Below the pieces are notes generated by a model that did no database searches, was not told where the DNA came from, and saw nothing but the letters and a program-made list of their open reading frames with translations. Shown here piece by piece: positions 63,600-64,000 of a stretch of 64,000 nucleotides of DNA; within the stretch, counting starts at the first letter, position 1; each line of letters opens with the position of its first letter. Source of the stretch: Hypanus sabinus. Lineage: Eukaryota. The translations under genes were made by a program, and so were the position numbers. The stretch lies in assembly GCF_030144855.1 (NCBI RefSeq), contig NC_082712.1, positions 136,896,001-136,960,000 of the forward strand, given 5' to 3'.

Positions 63600-64000
63600 G
63601 AGTAGCAAATGTAGCATATCCTACGGGCGCCGCCCACACTAAATGCTTGCAAACCGCAGTCTGGTGATATTGGCATTCTCACCATGTTCTCACTACTGTT
63701 TCAGTGAGTTTTGGGTAGACGATTCAGTTACACTTAAATAAGTGACTTTAGCCAACAGTCTTCTGCTCTTTGACAATGTACTGTGGATTGAGTTCACTTC
63801 CTAAAAGCTGTGAACCCAGTTTCATTCTGACAATAAAATTTACTTTGCACTTTGAGTTTCGGGGAACTTCCTTCGACTCTGAGAACAAACTGAGACTGAC
63901 AGCTTCAGCTCCCGGTAGCAGCCCGTCCTCAGACACACGTCCAGCCAATCAGTGAGTACCGCTGGGAGAAGCATGCTCTCATTGGCTGAGGCCGGAATTT
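63600..64000. promoter_or_regulatory. Promoter-like segment: two opposed CCAAT boxes, NF-kB consensus, GC box
   Basis: CCAAT 63945-63949, ATTGG 63981-63985, GGGAACTTCC 63862-63871, CCGCCC 63630-63635, more CpGs than the surroundings. Confidence 0.35.

Overview
Vertebrate genomic DNA, most likely a cartilaginous fish (ray/skate-like; inferred from the repeat families, not proven). Positions ~1.4-9.3 kb carry seven phase-1 exons of a minus-strand immunoglobulin-superfamily gene resembling B7-H6 (NCR3LG1). Its order is IgV - IgC1 - transmembrane - then at least four more Ig-like domains after the TM, two of which have lost canonical cysteines. The leader exon and last exon were not found. The remaining ~53 kb is almost entirely transposable elements: four L1-type LINE copies, several CR1 and Rex1/Babar-type LINE pieces, Gypsy elements (including Gmr1-like ones with integrase before RT), solo LTRs, a Harbinger-type MITE, a hAT element, a tRNA-derived SINE and Penelope-like relics, one with an intact-looking minimal hammerhead ribozyme. 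Target-site duplications (TSDs) allow a five-level nested insertion of ~27.5 kb (24.8-52.3 kb) to be reconstructed. Family names come from motifs recognised by eye; no database searches were run.
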